DNA of 63,484 nt, filler included. It is 6 parts of 6 records of this genome, joined end to end, with 100 filler letters (N's around TTAATTAATTAA, not from the genome) between each part and the next. Parts side by side here need not be neighbours in the genome. Positions count along the whole stretch, not along the records: positions 33,442 to 52,164 come from SRR20825019_2652; positions 52,265 to 57,894 come from SRR20825019_2664; 4 more parts are not named here. One strand, given 5' to 3'. Each line of letters starts with the position of its first letter. Within the stretch, counting starts at the first letter, position 1. Below the pieces are notes generated by a model. The model saw nothing but the letters and a program-made list of their open reading frames with translations, ran no database searches and had not been told where the DNA came from. Below, one piece after another: positions 40,662 to 53,222 of the stretch. Both the position numbers and the translations under genes were made by a program.

Positions 40662-43600
40662 CTATTGGGGTTGGGCATCCCACGCCAAGATATCGTGGCT
40701 CATATGACTACGGCCGGCGTATGGGCTGGATCTTCCCATGCGGTTTCCAACCTGCATCAGCTCACGGGCTTTGAGGGTGCGCGGGGTCAAACTGAGGTTG
40801 ATGTCAGTTCATATTGATCCTTCACCACCAAGCAATGCCACATACCTTCCACCAGCGGAGCTGGAGCTATCCCACCGTAAGCTTGCCATCAACATATCGC
40901 TGGAATTGTTATGCTCCACACCAGGCTGGCGCGTCCTCAAGTTGTGAGGCTTTACGGTGCGATCCAAAGGTGGGAGCTGCTTAATCCCCCAGCGTTCCTT
41001 TCGGAGAAGCTCAGACTCTTGAGAAAGCTGGCGACGGAATCACGTCAATGACGCCCAGGCCAGGCACTACCAAATGCTTACCTCTCCCACGCGTTCATTC
41101 AGCATGTCAGGAGTCTTCCTGTGCTGGTTCTGTTCATAGGTCTGCCGCCGAGCCCAGTAGTCGTCCATTCCAGTGTAGTCTCGTGGTCGGTGAGTGCTCT
41201 TCGACAGCTCGGAGAGGCCAGAAACATTCGATACGTTCGATCGATTAGTTAGCGGCACGCTGTTGCTGCGGTGAGTGAGGCCATTGGCATCTGAACGATA
41301 GCTCATGTTTCCGTGGACACGGTTTTCCTTCCCATGCCGCTTGAACCTGGCCCAAACGTTGTCAGTCACAGTAACGCCCTACAGATTTAAACCATACTTG
41401 GAAGTATCTTCAGTAGCCAGGAACGAATCTTTAGAAGGAAGGAGGTCCTTGTCGGTCAAGCGAGGATCGTTAAAGTAGCTGTTTGAAATAAGTATCTTTC
41501 ATCACATCAAGGACTCATAAATGTACTAACCAGTCAATCGCACTTTGAACAAACTGAGAGTATGTGATGTGGTCGCCATCAGTCTTCATATATTGCATGA
41601 CCTGTGCAGATCTCAGATATCTCATCCACGAATCATTACTACCATCATACCTTCTCCATTTCGTTTGGTGTCATGCTGACACCCAATTTCTCAAAGCCTT
41701 GCCTGATTTCTTCCTTTGTGGATGCCGTACGGATCTTGTTCACCTGCCCATTAGCATCACGCTCGTAGTGAACGAAAATACTGTCCTTCAGTTGCCCCCG
41801 CTTAAACTCAATCAATTGAATAACCTATCGCGCCATGAGTACTTGATGAATGGGAATTGAATCAAGCAAACCTTTGAAATAATATGGCGGTCGCGCTTCT
41901 GCTCAGCTGAAAGGCCCATTTTTGATATCCACTTTCGCTGGAACTCTGGATCCTCACCGTACTATGGGAAAAGCTTAGGGTTGCGTCAACCAGATGCGCG
42001 GCACGTGCATGTACCTTCAAATTCTTGTAGATCTGAGAGTTGGTCTTCCTGCCGCGATCAGGGCGAATCTCAGTATAGATGTCATAATTCGGATCACTAG
42101 GGAAGTCTTTGGCCTTGATGACACGAACAAATGCGTCATAGTCAATATCGCCATCAGCATTCTTATCAATCGCGTCAACCAAGAGGTTAAGCTGGCGGTC
42201 GTCGAGCTGGACACCTACAAGGAAATTCAATACTTTCAGCAAAGTGAGATTGGAATAGTCCTACCGTAGTCCTTAAGACCCTTCTTCATTTCATCAGCAG
42301 TTAGCACACCATCACCATCGGGATCAAACTTGGCGAAAACGCGAGGCAAGTCTCTGGTTTTCAAGGTGATGGCCTCCGTGATTTTGTCCTTGACCTTTTT
42401 GAGATCTTTTTCTGCCTCAGTCATGTGCGACTTCACCACGGGCTTGATAATAGACTCGTACAGCTGTGTGGAATCCTAGCAAGGATATGAGATAGATATA
42501 TATTCACTTCACAAGGAGATCTACCTCAATGCTACCGCGTTCCCGCCTACGACCAGTACGTTGGGCCTGCTTCATGAAGGTGAAGTCTCTAGGTTTGACA
42601 GCTTGAGCAAATTCATAGTAGTCTACTTTCCCGCTACCATCACGATCCATTTGATCCCAGAGGTAATCAACTTCGTCGTTCTGCAACCTAGAAAAAACAA
42701 TCAGTATCCGTGCAATATAGAGTATTTCATAGATATCTCACTTGATTTGCAAGAGGTTGAGGCCGCGATTGAACTCTTCCTTATCAATCGTTCCGTCGCG
42801 ATCACCCTCGGTACCGGCATCGAATAGTCGGAAAACATTTCTCAGATGATAATTCTTCTGGTAAAGCTTCGTCATGACTTTGTGCCTGAGGCTCTCCAAA
42901 TACTTCTCATCCTCTGTAAGCTGTCGACTCTCTGCGTTTTCGGCCTTTTGAAGCTCAGAGACCGGCCCAAGCCCCATCCGCTTTCCCTTCCGTTTGACGG
43001 TATCATCCTGTTCCATGGTTCTACATAAGACTCTGAACTATGCTTAGTTACACTCGATCACTCACCGGGGCATCATCGCAAAGCCCAGCAATTGATTTGT
43101 GCGTGATGTCTTGTCTGCGCAGTACATTATTGAACTCGCGATAGTCCATCTGACCGCTCTTGTCATGATCAATGATATCTGTGAGAATCTTCAAATCCTT
43201 TTGGGAAACCTGATCAAGCAGTAAGCACAACCAACTATTTTGGCAATTGTGGCGACCTTGTGCCACATACCGTAATGCCAAGGTGGGCAAGTCCACGGCG
43301 GAACTCTTCCATACTAACGTGTCCATCATGGTCTTCGTCAAAGTAACGGAACAACTTGTTCACATTGACATTCCTTTTCTCAACCTTCTCTTGAACCTCG
43401 TTGATAAGCTTGCGGTACTGCTGCTGCTCCGCCCGATCCATATGACTCAATCTTTTCCGGATGGCAATCTCCTTGACGCGTTCATCGCCGACCATCGCAT
43501 CTACTCTCTCACGTTCACTAGCAGTCATGCTAGAGATTTACGTGAATACCCCAAAAACCATGTGGTGCAATTCAACATACCTAATCTTGCTGAGGGCACT

Positions 43601-44110
43601 TCTATCACTTGGCAGGGTACTGGTCATTTGTTTGGGTTTTGGTGCTGCTAATTGCACAGCATGGGTTCGATCATGCATCGTTTTTTCATAGTCATCACGG
43701 AAGTCCTGCGTGTTTTTCCCGAAATTCCTGTTGGCTTGGTAGCCTCTATGCTCAGGCACTCTTGGTCCGCGCTCAAGTTCAGACAATCGCGCTGAGTTGG
43801 CGTCACTATAGTCCTCAGGGTTGCGAGGGGGCCGGACATCCTTCATTGACGAGAGTGTCAAATGAGTGGCGTTCTTTCGCAACTCAAAGTTGTCAAGAGC
43901 TTTCACAGCAGCTTGGGCCTCCTCCTTCTCTTCTCTTTCATATCTCTGTGATATTCCGCCGGGCGCACTTCTCCTGCCGATAGACTGACCCACACCACGA
44001 TTAGCACTTACACACGCCACCGTGTAGGCACTCACCATGTTGGATCGCTGAGACTGGGGCGCGAAAGATCCGGGCTTGAAAGCCCGGACAGAACCTTCTG
44101 CATCGACCAT
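40662..44110 (-). CDS. Multi-exon EF-hand protein (three EF-hand pairs)
   Basis: Loops FDEDHDGHVSMEE, IDHDKSGQMDYRE, FDAGTEGDRDGTIDKEE, MDRDGSGKVDYYE, FDPDGDGVLTADE, IDKNADGDIDYDA. The last exons splice to LAWDAQPQ-TAG at 40662. Middle exons were not all traced. Confidence 0.75.
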
Positions 44111-44289
44111 ATTGGGGAACTACACGCGGCCCCTGTTGTTGGCAGATGAGTCCCGAATGAGTATGACGTCAACAGCTCCTCCCTCCAAGTTGTTGGATAC
44201 GTAAAAGTCACACATCAATATATGAAGTTATTGGAAGAAGATGGCCTGCACAGACATCCTCGGCGCTGCACAGAAACAACGGACTGACA

Positions 44290-45200
44290 CTGTCGGGCAC
44301 CGCCGGCCGGAACGGCAACCCCGCCGGTGACCTAACCGAACCCGCGGCCTGAAGCCACCCGCCGGCGGTGACCCGGCGCCGGCATAGGCTGTCTCCTGTT
44401 CCGGCGGTGCGCCCCCCCGGTCCGATCCCGGCTACCGGCCGGGCCGCCGTCCAGTGCCTTACAGTGTGGTCGTCCTCGTCTCGCGAGTAGTGCAGAAGGC
44501 CTAATGCGGAGTGCACACACTCACTGGCTAGTAGCTCGATAACGATGTAATCTCGGTATAATGAATCTAGATCAGGGGCTAAGTTTCATCATCGGAGCAC
44601 CTATGAGAGTCTGGTCCGGAGAGCGCACTGTGCTTGGTGCGTACTCAGCCATCCTCTCGAGTCCCTCGATTGCCGGACGCACTGTGGCTCTCTGCTCGTC
44701 GACCGCTGGGCCGTGATCCAGTGTGCCCTCAGTGAGCTGCGGCCTCAGCACCCGGTCTCAGTCCGAGGCGCCCGGCCCCGGCCGCCGGCCCGCCCGGCTC
44801 ATCAGTGCCCGGCCGCCGGCGCCGCGATGCGGCTACCGTCCGGTCACGTACAGCATGCATTCAGTTGTTGTGCCTTCGTTCATCTGGTGATGCGCCGTGA
44901 CGACGTGACTCCGCCCGGCGGCGATCATGCCCGGCTGGCTGCCCGGCATCTCGGCGGTTCGGTTCGCTCGGGCCGGCCAACGCCGGGGACCCTCGGCTCG
45001 GCCCGGCGACGGCCTCATGAGTCCGGTTCGCCGGCCGGCCGGCCCAGCCCCGGGGCGGGGCGGGCTGCCTGGGCGAGCGTTCAGATTTGAGCCACGCGAC
45101 CAACCGCACCCGCCACAACGCAGGGCCGCACAGCGCTGGTCCGGTCGTCAAGTGCTCCTTCAAGGCCAGGCCGGTCTGGTCCGCCCAGCCCACGCGGTCA
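44290..45200. promoter_or_regulatory. Two GC-rich CCGG islands (about 44290-44450 and 44710-45200) between the divergent EF-hand and beta-adaptin genes
   Basis: Same pattern as 3810-4495, with an AT-richer spacer near 44520-44610. Confidence 0.45.
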
Positions 45201-45428
45201 CTCCGTCCCAGCGATGGTTCCAAGCGCTAAAGAGAATGCAAGTGAGGTTGACACCTCGCGGGTGATTTGACTCGAGAGTCTTCGGAGTATACCAAAACTG
45301 CAACTGCCCACAAGTATAAACTCCGTGTAAGACTGATTATAATAGGCGGAAGCAACATTTCCTCTGTTGTGCCGTTATTCATATCTGTTTAGGGAAGCGC
45401 CCGAAGGAACCCTAGAGAGAAATTGACC

Positions 45429-48400
45429 ATGTCTGGAAGTGACTCGAAATATTTTCAGCAGACAAAGAGCAAGGGCGAGATCCATGAGCTCAAGGTTGGT
45501 GTGGATTTTCGGTGGAGGTGATTCGGACGCTAACGGGTTGTGTCTGTAGGAGGAACTCGCCGCTCAGTCAAAGGACAAGAAGAAGGAGGCCGTGAAGAAG
45601 GTTATTGCTGCCATGACCGTCGGCAAGGACGTGTCTATGCTTTTTGCCGATGTCGTCAACTGCATGCAGACTCCTATGATTGACCTCAAGAAGTTGGTGT
45701 ACTTGTATCTTATCAACTATGCCAAGTCTCAGCCGGACCTTGCTATCCTTGCCGTGAACACATTTGTCAAGGACTCGCAGGATCCCAACCCCCTCGTGCG
45801 TGCCCTGGCCGTGAGGACCATGGGTTGCATTCGTGTGGATAAGATCACTGAGTATCTTTGCGAGCCGTTGGGCAAATGCTTGAAGGATGAGGATCCGTAC
45901 GTGCGCAAGACTGCCACTGTATGTAGCGTTTAACTTTTGTTTATTTCTTTTGGCGAACTGACCGCTGGTATAGGTTTGCGTTGCAAAGCTTTTCGACATT
46001 AACGCTGAGTTGGTTGAGGACAAGGGCTTCTTGGACTCTCTTAAGGACATGCTTTCTGACTCCAACCCTATGGTTGTTGCCAATGCTGTCGCTGCCTTGT
46101 CCGAGGTCAACGAGGTATGGCATGGACTGGAGGTTTTGAAGTGTTCCCATGTATACTAACGGTGAAGTCAGGCTCTTGACAGGAATGTGTTCAAGATCAC
46201 TTCTGGAAATCTCCACAAGCTTCTTGCTGCTCTTAACGAATGCACTGAGTGGGGCCAGGTGTTCATTCTTGATGCGCTCATCAACTACAACCCCTCTGGT
46301 GCTAGCGAGGCCGAGTCCATTATTGAGCGTGTGACTCCTCGCCTTCAGCATGCCAATGCTGCCGTTGTGCTGTCTGCCGTCAAAGTTGTCATGAAGCTTC
46401 TCTCTATTCTCGAGGGTGAGTGTTGGTTTCCTTAGTGACACCCAGACAAGGTGCTGACCAATATTCTTGCAGAGGAGAATTCGTCTCCCGATCTCATCAA
46501 GCAACTTACACGCAAGATGGCGCCTCCTTTGGTCACTCTTCTTTCGTCTGAGCCCGAGGTTCAGTACGTTGCCTTGAGGAATATTTCCTTGATTGTCCAG
46601 CGCCGTCCGGCCATCCTTGCCAACGATATCAAGGTCTTCTTCTGCAAGTACAACGACCCTGTCTACGTCAAGATGGAGAAGCTTGAGGTGCGCAAGTCAA
46701 GGCTGTGCAGTTGGGAAGTGGCCGCTCACTTTTTTTTTTCCAGATCATGATCAGGCTTTGCAGCGATAAGAATATTGAGCAAGTGCTTTTGGAGTTGAAG
46801 GAATATGCTACAGAGGTGGACATTGACTTCGTTAGGAAGGCTGTCCGCGCTATTGGTCGCTGTGCAATCAAGCTGCAGCGCGCTGCTGGCCACTGCATCA
46901 ATGTGCTCCTTGAGCTCATTCAGACCAAGGTCAACTACGTCGTCCAGGAGGCCATCGTTGTCATTAAGGATATTTTCCGCAAGGTACCTTTTGAGAACCA
47001 TTTTTATTTGTTGGTTGGCTCACAGAAAACTTCGAATGCAGTACCCCAACCGATACGAGAAGATTATTGCCACCCTTTGTGAGAACCTCGATACACTCGA
47101 TGAGCCCGAGGCCAAGGCCTCTATGATCTGGATCATTGGAGAGTATGCCGAGCGTATTGACAACGCTGATGAAATCCTTGGATTCTTCCTTGAGAACTTC
47201 ACCGATGAGACTTCTCAGGTTCAGCTGCAGCTCGTGACTGCTACCGTGAAGCTCTTCCTCAAGCGCCCCTCGGACACCCAGGAAATGGTTCAGAAGGTTT
47301 GTACTTTTTGCTTGAGACTTTATGGGAAGTTCCGCTGAGGCATGATTTTAGGTCTTGTCACTTTCAACTCAGGAAAGCGATAATCCTGATCTCCGTGATC
47401 GTGGTTATGTATACTGGCGTCTCCTCTCCACAGACCCCGAGGCCGCCAAGACTGTTGTGCTTGCAGAGAAGCCCGTAATCACCGACGATACCGATCTCCT
47501 GGAGCCATCGGCACTTGATGAACTTCTCGAGGTATACTTCATTCTGAATCTGGACCGGCGTGGACTAATGCTTTCTCTCAGAACCTCTCTACCTTGTCCA
47601 GTGTGTACCACAAACCTCCCGAGACTTTTGTCTCGAAGACTCGTGCTGCTGTTCCCACGGCATCTTCGCTTTCCTCCAGGCGCGATGATGATGATGACAA
47701 TCTTCGCCGTGTCGACGACGACGATCGACGTGGTAACGGCCGCCGGTCTCCATCGCCTGAACGCGAGAGGAGCCGTAAGGAGAAGTCTTCTCCTGCTCCT
47801 CCCCCGAAGGAGGACAATCTTCTCGATCTGGATGATCCAGTGCCTACCAACCCTGCTCCAGCGGCCGGTGGGAATGACATCATGTCACAGTTGGGATCTC
47901 TCGGAATTGGTGGCGGTGGCGGCAACACGGTCGCTCCTGTTGTGAATGCTTCGGACTTCTTCGGTGGTGCGGCGCCCGCACCGGCGGCTGCACCTGTCCG
48001 TCGTAACATTGTGTTGCCTGCTGCTCGTGGAAAAGGCCTGCAGATTCATGCGGCCTTTATTCGCCGCAACGGTCAGATCGCTGTGGACTTCCTCTTTGAG
48101 AATCAGAGCCAGCAGCCTCTCCGCAACTTCGCTATTGTGTTCAACAAGAACAGCTTCGGGCTGGCTCCTGCTTCCGCCCTTGTTGTACCCCAGCCCCTCA
48201 TGCCCGGTGATAAGGCTGAGGTAACGCTGCCAATGGTTACAAACGGCGTAAGGCAGACCCCTGGAAACCAGTACAACATGGTTCAGATTGCGGTTCGCTG
48301 TAACTTGGGTGACTCATACTTTGGCGATCTTGTGCCGTTGCATGTGGTGTGTGGGGAGGATGGCCGTTTGGAACGCCAGCGATTCTTGGAGGTGAGTTCG

Positions 48401-48745
48401 AGACCTTTTTGTTTGATGTATGCACTGACGCTGGCATTATAGATGTGGAAGGGCATTGCTGATGAGCAAGAGCGCCAGAAGGTTATTCAGGGATTGCCTG
48501 ATCACACCCCTGAGCAGGTCCAGGCTCTGCTGGAGGCCAGCAACCTCTTCCTCATTGCGCGAAGGCAGAACGATCAGCAGCAGGATGTGATGTACTTCAG
48601 CTGCAAGACCTCCAACGACGTTGTGTTGCTGTTGGAGATCACCTTGCGTGTGCAGCCTGGCGCGGTTAAGCTTGCCACGAAGACCACCACTCCCGAGATC
48701 GCGCCCCTTGCGGAGGACTCGGTTGCTCAGTTGTTGAAGCAGTAA
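45429..48745 (+). CDS. AP-1/AP-2 complex beta subunit (beta-adaptin), multi-exon
   Basis: MSGSDSKYF...[84 protein letters not shown], clathrin box LLDLD, appendage domain. Confidence 0.95.
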
Positions 48746-48879
48746 TAGCAGTAAAGGTTAGGTCTTTCTCCGACTATGTGTTCAGGTGTTTAAGCCATAC
48801 TGATAATCAATTGATAATTCCATAATCTCTATATCAGCCATGAAATCATTCACTTTGAGTCGCCAAGCGACACCTGCCC

Positions 48880-49470
48880 GGAACGCGCCATGGGCCGGCA
48901 CTGGCAGCCGGCCCAGCCAGTGTGGCCGGTGAGGCCCGCCGGCGCCGGGCCGCGGGCCGCGGCGGCGCGCAGTCCGCAAGCTTGGGTACGCCGGAGTGAC
49001 GACGGGCCGGGCCGTTGGGGCATTTTTTCTTTGGCGACGACTGGCCGGGCCGGGGCCTGCTCCTGGAGGCGTGCCCATCGGGACATCATCTCATCCCCCG
49101 CCCGCGCCCCGGGGCCGCGGCCCCCCCCCGCCGCCCAACCGGGGGCCCGGTTCAGTCTCAGTTTCGTCACCGCCACTGACTTAAACCTCCCGGCGGGGTC
49201 GCCCTCCGAGTGGGTCGCCGCGGCGGCCGGGCCCCTCCCCCGAGCCCTGGCGCCGGAGTGGGCCCGGGAGCGCTGACCGCGGGTTGCCGCACGCCGCCCC
49301 GCGCCGCCGGCTCGCCCGCCGCTCGCGCGGCCAGAGGCGGCCGTGCCCGGAGGGTCTCCGGGACTGGGCGGCGCCCGCCCGCGGCCGGCGCGGCCGGCGC
49401 AGGCCTCCTCCGGCTGAGCCGGCCCAGCCGGGTCACGCCTGAGGGCCGGGGACTGCCGCGGCGGAGATTC
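48880..49470. promoter_or_regulatory. GC-rich CCGG island upstream of the small membrane-protein gene
   Basis: Extremely GC-rich block ending about 110 nt before ATG 49585. Confidence 0.45.
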
Positions 49471-49584
49471 TTCCTCGAATGCGTGCGCTTTCCGAAACCA
49501 CTGGGTGCTGGGCGCCTCACCGGGCACAAATATTCTATTACTGTGCCCCTTTTGGATTGTGATACTTTTGTTATCTACAAGACG

Positions 49585-50369
49585 ATGGAACGGCCACCCG
49601 CGGAGAACCCCGACTATGAGATTCAGGCTTCTTACCAACAAGCGCCTCTTGACCCTAAGCAGTATTCTCTCACGCAACAGGTGTGAGCAAGCACTCGATA
49701 GCCTATGTCACTTCTGACGCTTGTTTGATAAGGGGGGCAATCCACAAATGACATATTCGCAAGAGGTTTCGGTTCATGGAGTCCCGGTATATAGTTCACA
49801 ACAGCCAGTGGGATATGCGGTATGTTGGGTTTGCATGGGTTGCTACGCTAGACTCTTAATAGTATATTTAGCCACCACCTCCACAGCCATACGGCGGTTA
49901 CAACCAGGGGGGTTACTATGTGAACCCAGAAGGTGAAGCCATGCAGTTCGTCATTTTGCTCGAGCGAGGCACTAACCACTCCCTTTCAGTCGTTCATACG
50001 AGCTGCTTAATATGCGGTCTTACTGTGTTGCCAGTTTCGGGAGGGGTTTGGTTCTGCGCGTTTCTTACAAACTTGATCTTGCAGTGGATATTCCCCTGCT
50101 GCGGGCTGGCTGTTGCGGCTATGTTATGCAGCGACCCCGCTTACAGTGGCACCAAGACAACGTATTTCCTAATTGTGAGCTGGTAGTTGTGGTTGTTCTA
50201 GTTGATTGTCTTACTTGGAATACTATCAGTGTGTGTTCGCAACGCTTCTCTATTGGGTGCTGAGTGCAGCAGTCATCGGTCTTCTTGTGCTGTTCGTGAG
50301 CCTTTGGTTTAACTTGGCATTCCTCCTCCTGGTTTGCATGAGTCCCCACAGTGGCAAGTAAAGCGATAG
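49585..50369 (+). CDS. Small multi-exon membrane protein with Pro/Tyr/Gln-rich N-terminus and Cys-rich TM region
   Basis: Five GT-AG introns give MERPPAENPDYE...PPPPQPYGGYNQGGY...WFCAFLTNLILQWIFPCCGLAVAAMLC...CVFATLLYWVLSAAVIGLLVLF. The last intron is uncertain. Confidence 0.6.
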
Positions 50370-50622
50370 GCTTATCCTCCTGTATAAGTGGCTGTATAAG
50401 TGGCATGGGCAATTAGATTTACTAGGATGATGGGCATCAACAATACGTGTATCAGCGAGGAAATATGCGATGCTGATGCCTGCACGGGTGTGACGGTCGT
50501 CACATCGGTAAGAATCTGTTCAGTGTTCCTAGTATAGAAACATGGTGTTCCTGGCTAGATGTCGAGGTTTTGTACAAGGGCGAGGTTACATCAAGTTGAA
50601 GATATCACATCCTACGTTTTGG

Positions 50623-51426
50623 CTATGCAGATCCAATGACCAAGGGTGCCTCTCTTTGAATAAGATCGGATTCTCTTTCAGTCACATGCGATTCAGAGAG
50701 AGATGGCTTCAACTGCGCTGTAGGAGGCGGCAGTCGACCAACAACGTCTGCCGACCTCCTTCGGCTTATCGGGCTCGACGGGCCATTGGTCCCATTGGCG
50801 CAAGCATTTTGGTTGCCATTAGCTGGAGAGATTCCCAACAAGCCTGTCAGGGACTTGGGCGACGCCTCAGCAAATGTGGCAGAAATATTCTTCTCGGAGC
50901 ACTTATCTTGAGTAATGTATGCGCAGTTGAATTCCACGGGACAGCTATCTTTTTGGCATACCTTGCGCAATTGGTCTGAGAACGACATGCCCGTCAGATT
51001 GAGCATTTTCTTGTAGTACTTGTTCCGATGGTCAGTGCCTCCAATGAATACGCGGTCTACGCGCCTATTCCGCATCCACTCCTGTGCAGCATGCTTTCTG
51101 GAGGCTCCTGTGCGAAGTAGGACACGTTTGATGTCCATGCTTCTGCTGGCGTAGAGTGAGGCCAGCTTCGAGTAGTATAATATAACCGACGTTGCCTGCG
51201 CCTCTTTTTCGGCTGCGCAGTAAGTGTGATCCTTCACAACCACGCCTCCATTTAGCATAGTCTTTCCACCCTGCTTAGTTGTCTGTAGGATGTGTACCAC
51301 TGCGAAGGTGATACTTTCTTGCGGCTCTTGGTCACAATATTTGTTGGTAAATCGGATGGCTTCCTCAAACGCCGCTTCATTTTTGGGGCTTCTTTCTTCA
51401 GAGTCGACGAATAAAGCAATATACAT
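50623..51426 (-). CDS. Universal stress protein (USP)-like domain with low-complexity tail
   Basis: IALFVD.....AAFEEA, AVVHI, VDRVFIG, SFSDQL....SCPV follow the USP pattern. Confidence 0.55.
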   Translation of the reverse strand: MYIALFVDSEERSPKNEAAFEEAIRFTNKYCDQEPQESITFAVVHILQTTKQGGKTMLNGGVVVKDHTYCAAEKEAQATSVILYYSKLASLYASRSMDIKRVLLRTGASRKHAAQEWMRNRRVDRVFIGGTDHRNKYYKKMLNLTGMSFSDQLRKVCQKDSCPVEFNCAYITQDKCSEKNISATFAEASPKSLTGLLGISPANGNQNACANGTNGPSSPISRRRSADVVGRLPPPTAQLKPSLSESHVTERESDLIQREAPLVIGSA

Positions 51427-52164
51427 TCTATACACTTTCAGGGCTTCAACGCTATGTATGGTGTGTAGACGAGCTCACATATATCCTGTTAACGACAAAT
51501 CCACGGGGACGAACGTACAGGGGACGAGAGAGATAACTTTTGCTTGCTCACAAAGAACGGGATGTCGGGTGGACAGCGGCTGCAGCTGTTGCTCTCCCCA
51601 TCAATACTGCCAGCCAGCTCAGCAGGTCAATGCCAATACGGGTGGCCTGCCAACCGTCCGGAGAGCCGCGGATAGAGCGCGGGCAGCTCAGCGCAGAGGT
51701 CCGCTTTGGGCCCACTGTGACCATAGTCGCTGTATTGATGGTGGTCACTCGAGTCATTGTGCTCGCTGCCGCCGTGGGCGCGCACAGGGGGATCGGAGGG
51801 CCGCAGGCCCCAAGCTCGGCCGGGCGCTGCACTGGCGCGTGGCGGCGGTTGCGGACTGACCGGAAATGAACTGATATTCCGGCAGCCCATCTACTGTTGA
51901 TTCCTTTGTCCGAATAGTACCGCGTGATGCCAGTCACCCCAGAGTCATGAAATTGTCGCCCGGTGTCCTCAGCTCTGGAGGCTCATCATCAGTCACTGTC
52001 GCTGGGCTTCGATTGAGTGCCGACTCGGACGCTGAGCACTTAGTCCGGTGACGTCGCAAACCTTCTTTCAGAGCTTTGTCCGAGACCGTGAACTTCGCGC
52101 CACTAGGCGTTTCGTCATCGGATCAACTGAGCGTAGCGGGACGACAGCCGCCGAACCCAATCTT

Positions 52165-52264
52165 NNNNNNNNNNNNNNNNNNNNNNNNNNNNNNNNNNNN
52201 NNNNNNNNTTAATTAATTAANNNNNNNNNNNNNNNNNNNNNNNNNNNNNNNNNNNNNNNNNNNN
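52165..52264. other. Artificial contig spacer
   Basis: N-run with TTAATTAATTAA. Confidence 0.98.
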
Positions 52265-52499
52265 TCCCTGTGCCCATTATTTTTCAAGCACCTTATTATG
52301 GATGGTTTTTAATCAGCGTTATCCTGGCGTCATATCCGTCGTGCCCACGGCACTAAGCACGCAGTTACCGACCGACGATGGGAACCGCTTACCATTGTCT
52401 TGCATCCATTTACATAAATTCGGGCGACTCCTAAAATAAATATGAAGGGTTAGCGGGGTGAACAGCGTTTAGCCTAGCAGTGCCATTACCTGTTCTCCC

Positions 52500-53114
52500 A
52501 TGAAAAACGCCCTTCCCCACATCACCGGACTTCTGATCGTCGTCCTGCTCCTCGCCGGTTGCAAGACGACCGCTGTTTCCAGACGCATCAACGAAAACCC
52601 CACTCTCTTCGCTTCACTCGATCCTGAGCAAAAAGCCTACGTAAGCGATGGGATCGTCTTCCCCGGGGACAACGTGGAAATAGCTTACCTCGCCTTGGGA
52701 GAACCCGACACTGTCGAAACCAAGGAAAGGGATGATATCGCGGTCACCATGTGGACCTATCATAAATATTATCCGGCGGGTGAATTGGCCGATTTCCTCA
52801 ATCAGTATTCCCGGTCGAGGAACTCCACTTTACTGCGCGAAACCAATTTAGCAATCGGTGCGGTAAACGTGGATGACCATGTTGATCGGCGCGCACAGAT
52901 TCCGAACGTGAGAGGCAATTCCACCCATACCGATTCTGGAATGACGGGATCTCTCCATCTGGCAGATATCCCCGTCTACAAACTCTACGTCCTCTATTAT
53001 CTCGGAAAGATCACTGATGTCATGATCGAGAGTCTCGATGGGACAGTGTTCACTTGGAAGGAAGACGCCATTGCACTCGAAAAAGCCCGTGAGCTTAAGA
53101 AAGCCAAAACCTGA
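52500..53114 (+). CDS. Lipoprotein, tandem paralogue 1 (possible SmpA/OmlA-like fold)
   Basis: Lipobox LLLAGC; GIVFPG..AYLALGEPD, WTY, DIPVYKLYV, ESLDGT. Confidence 0.85.
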   Translation: MKNALPHITGLLIVVLLLAGCKTTAVSRRINENPTLFASLDPEQKAYVSDGIVFPGDNVEIAYLALGEPDTVETKERDDIAVTMWTYHKYYPAGELADFLNQYSRSRNSTLLRETNLAIGAVNVDDHVDRRAQIPNVRGNSTHTDSGMTGSLHLADIPVYKLYVLYYLGKITDVMIESLDGTVFTWKEDAIALEKARELKKAKT

Positions 53115-53222
53115 CATCCCCTGCTCACCATGGATCAGAACTTTTAAATTCCCGATAGGCGATGTGACCCGATTGAAACCTCATAACCTATCACCTATCC
53201 ACTGACCCTTTTCTTGAATCCC

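Noticed and set aside
50380-50403. 12-bp direct repeat CTGTATAAGTGG x2
   Set aside because: Only two copies in a 3' intergenic region; a simple local duplication.
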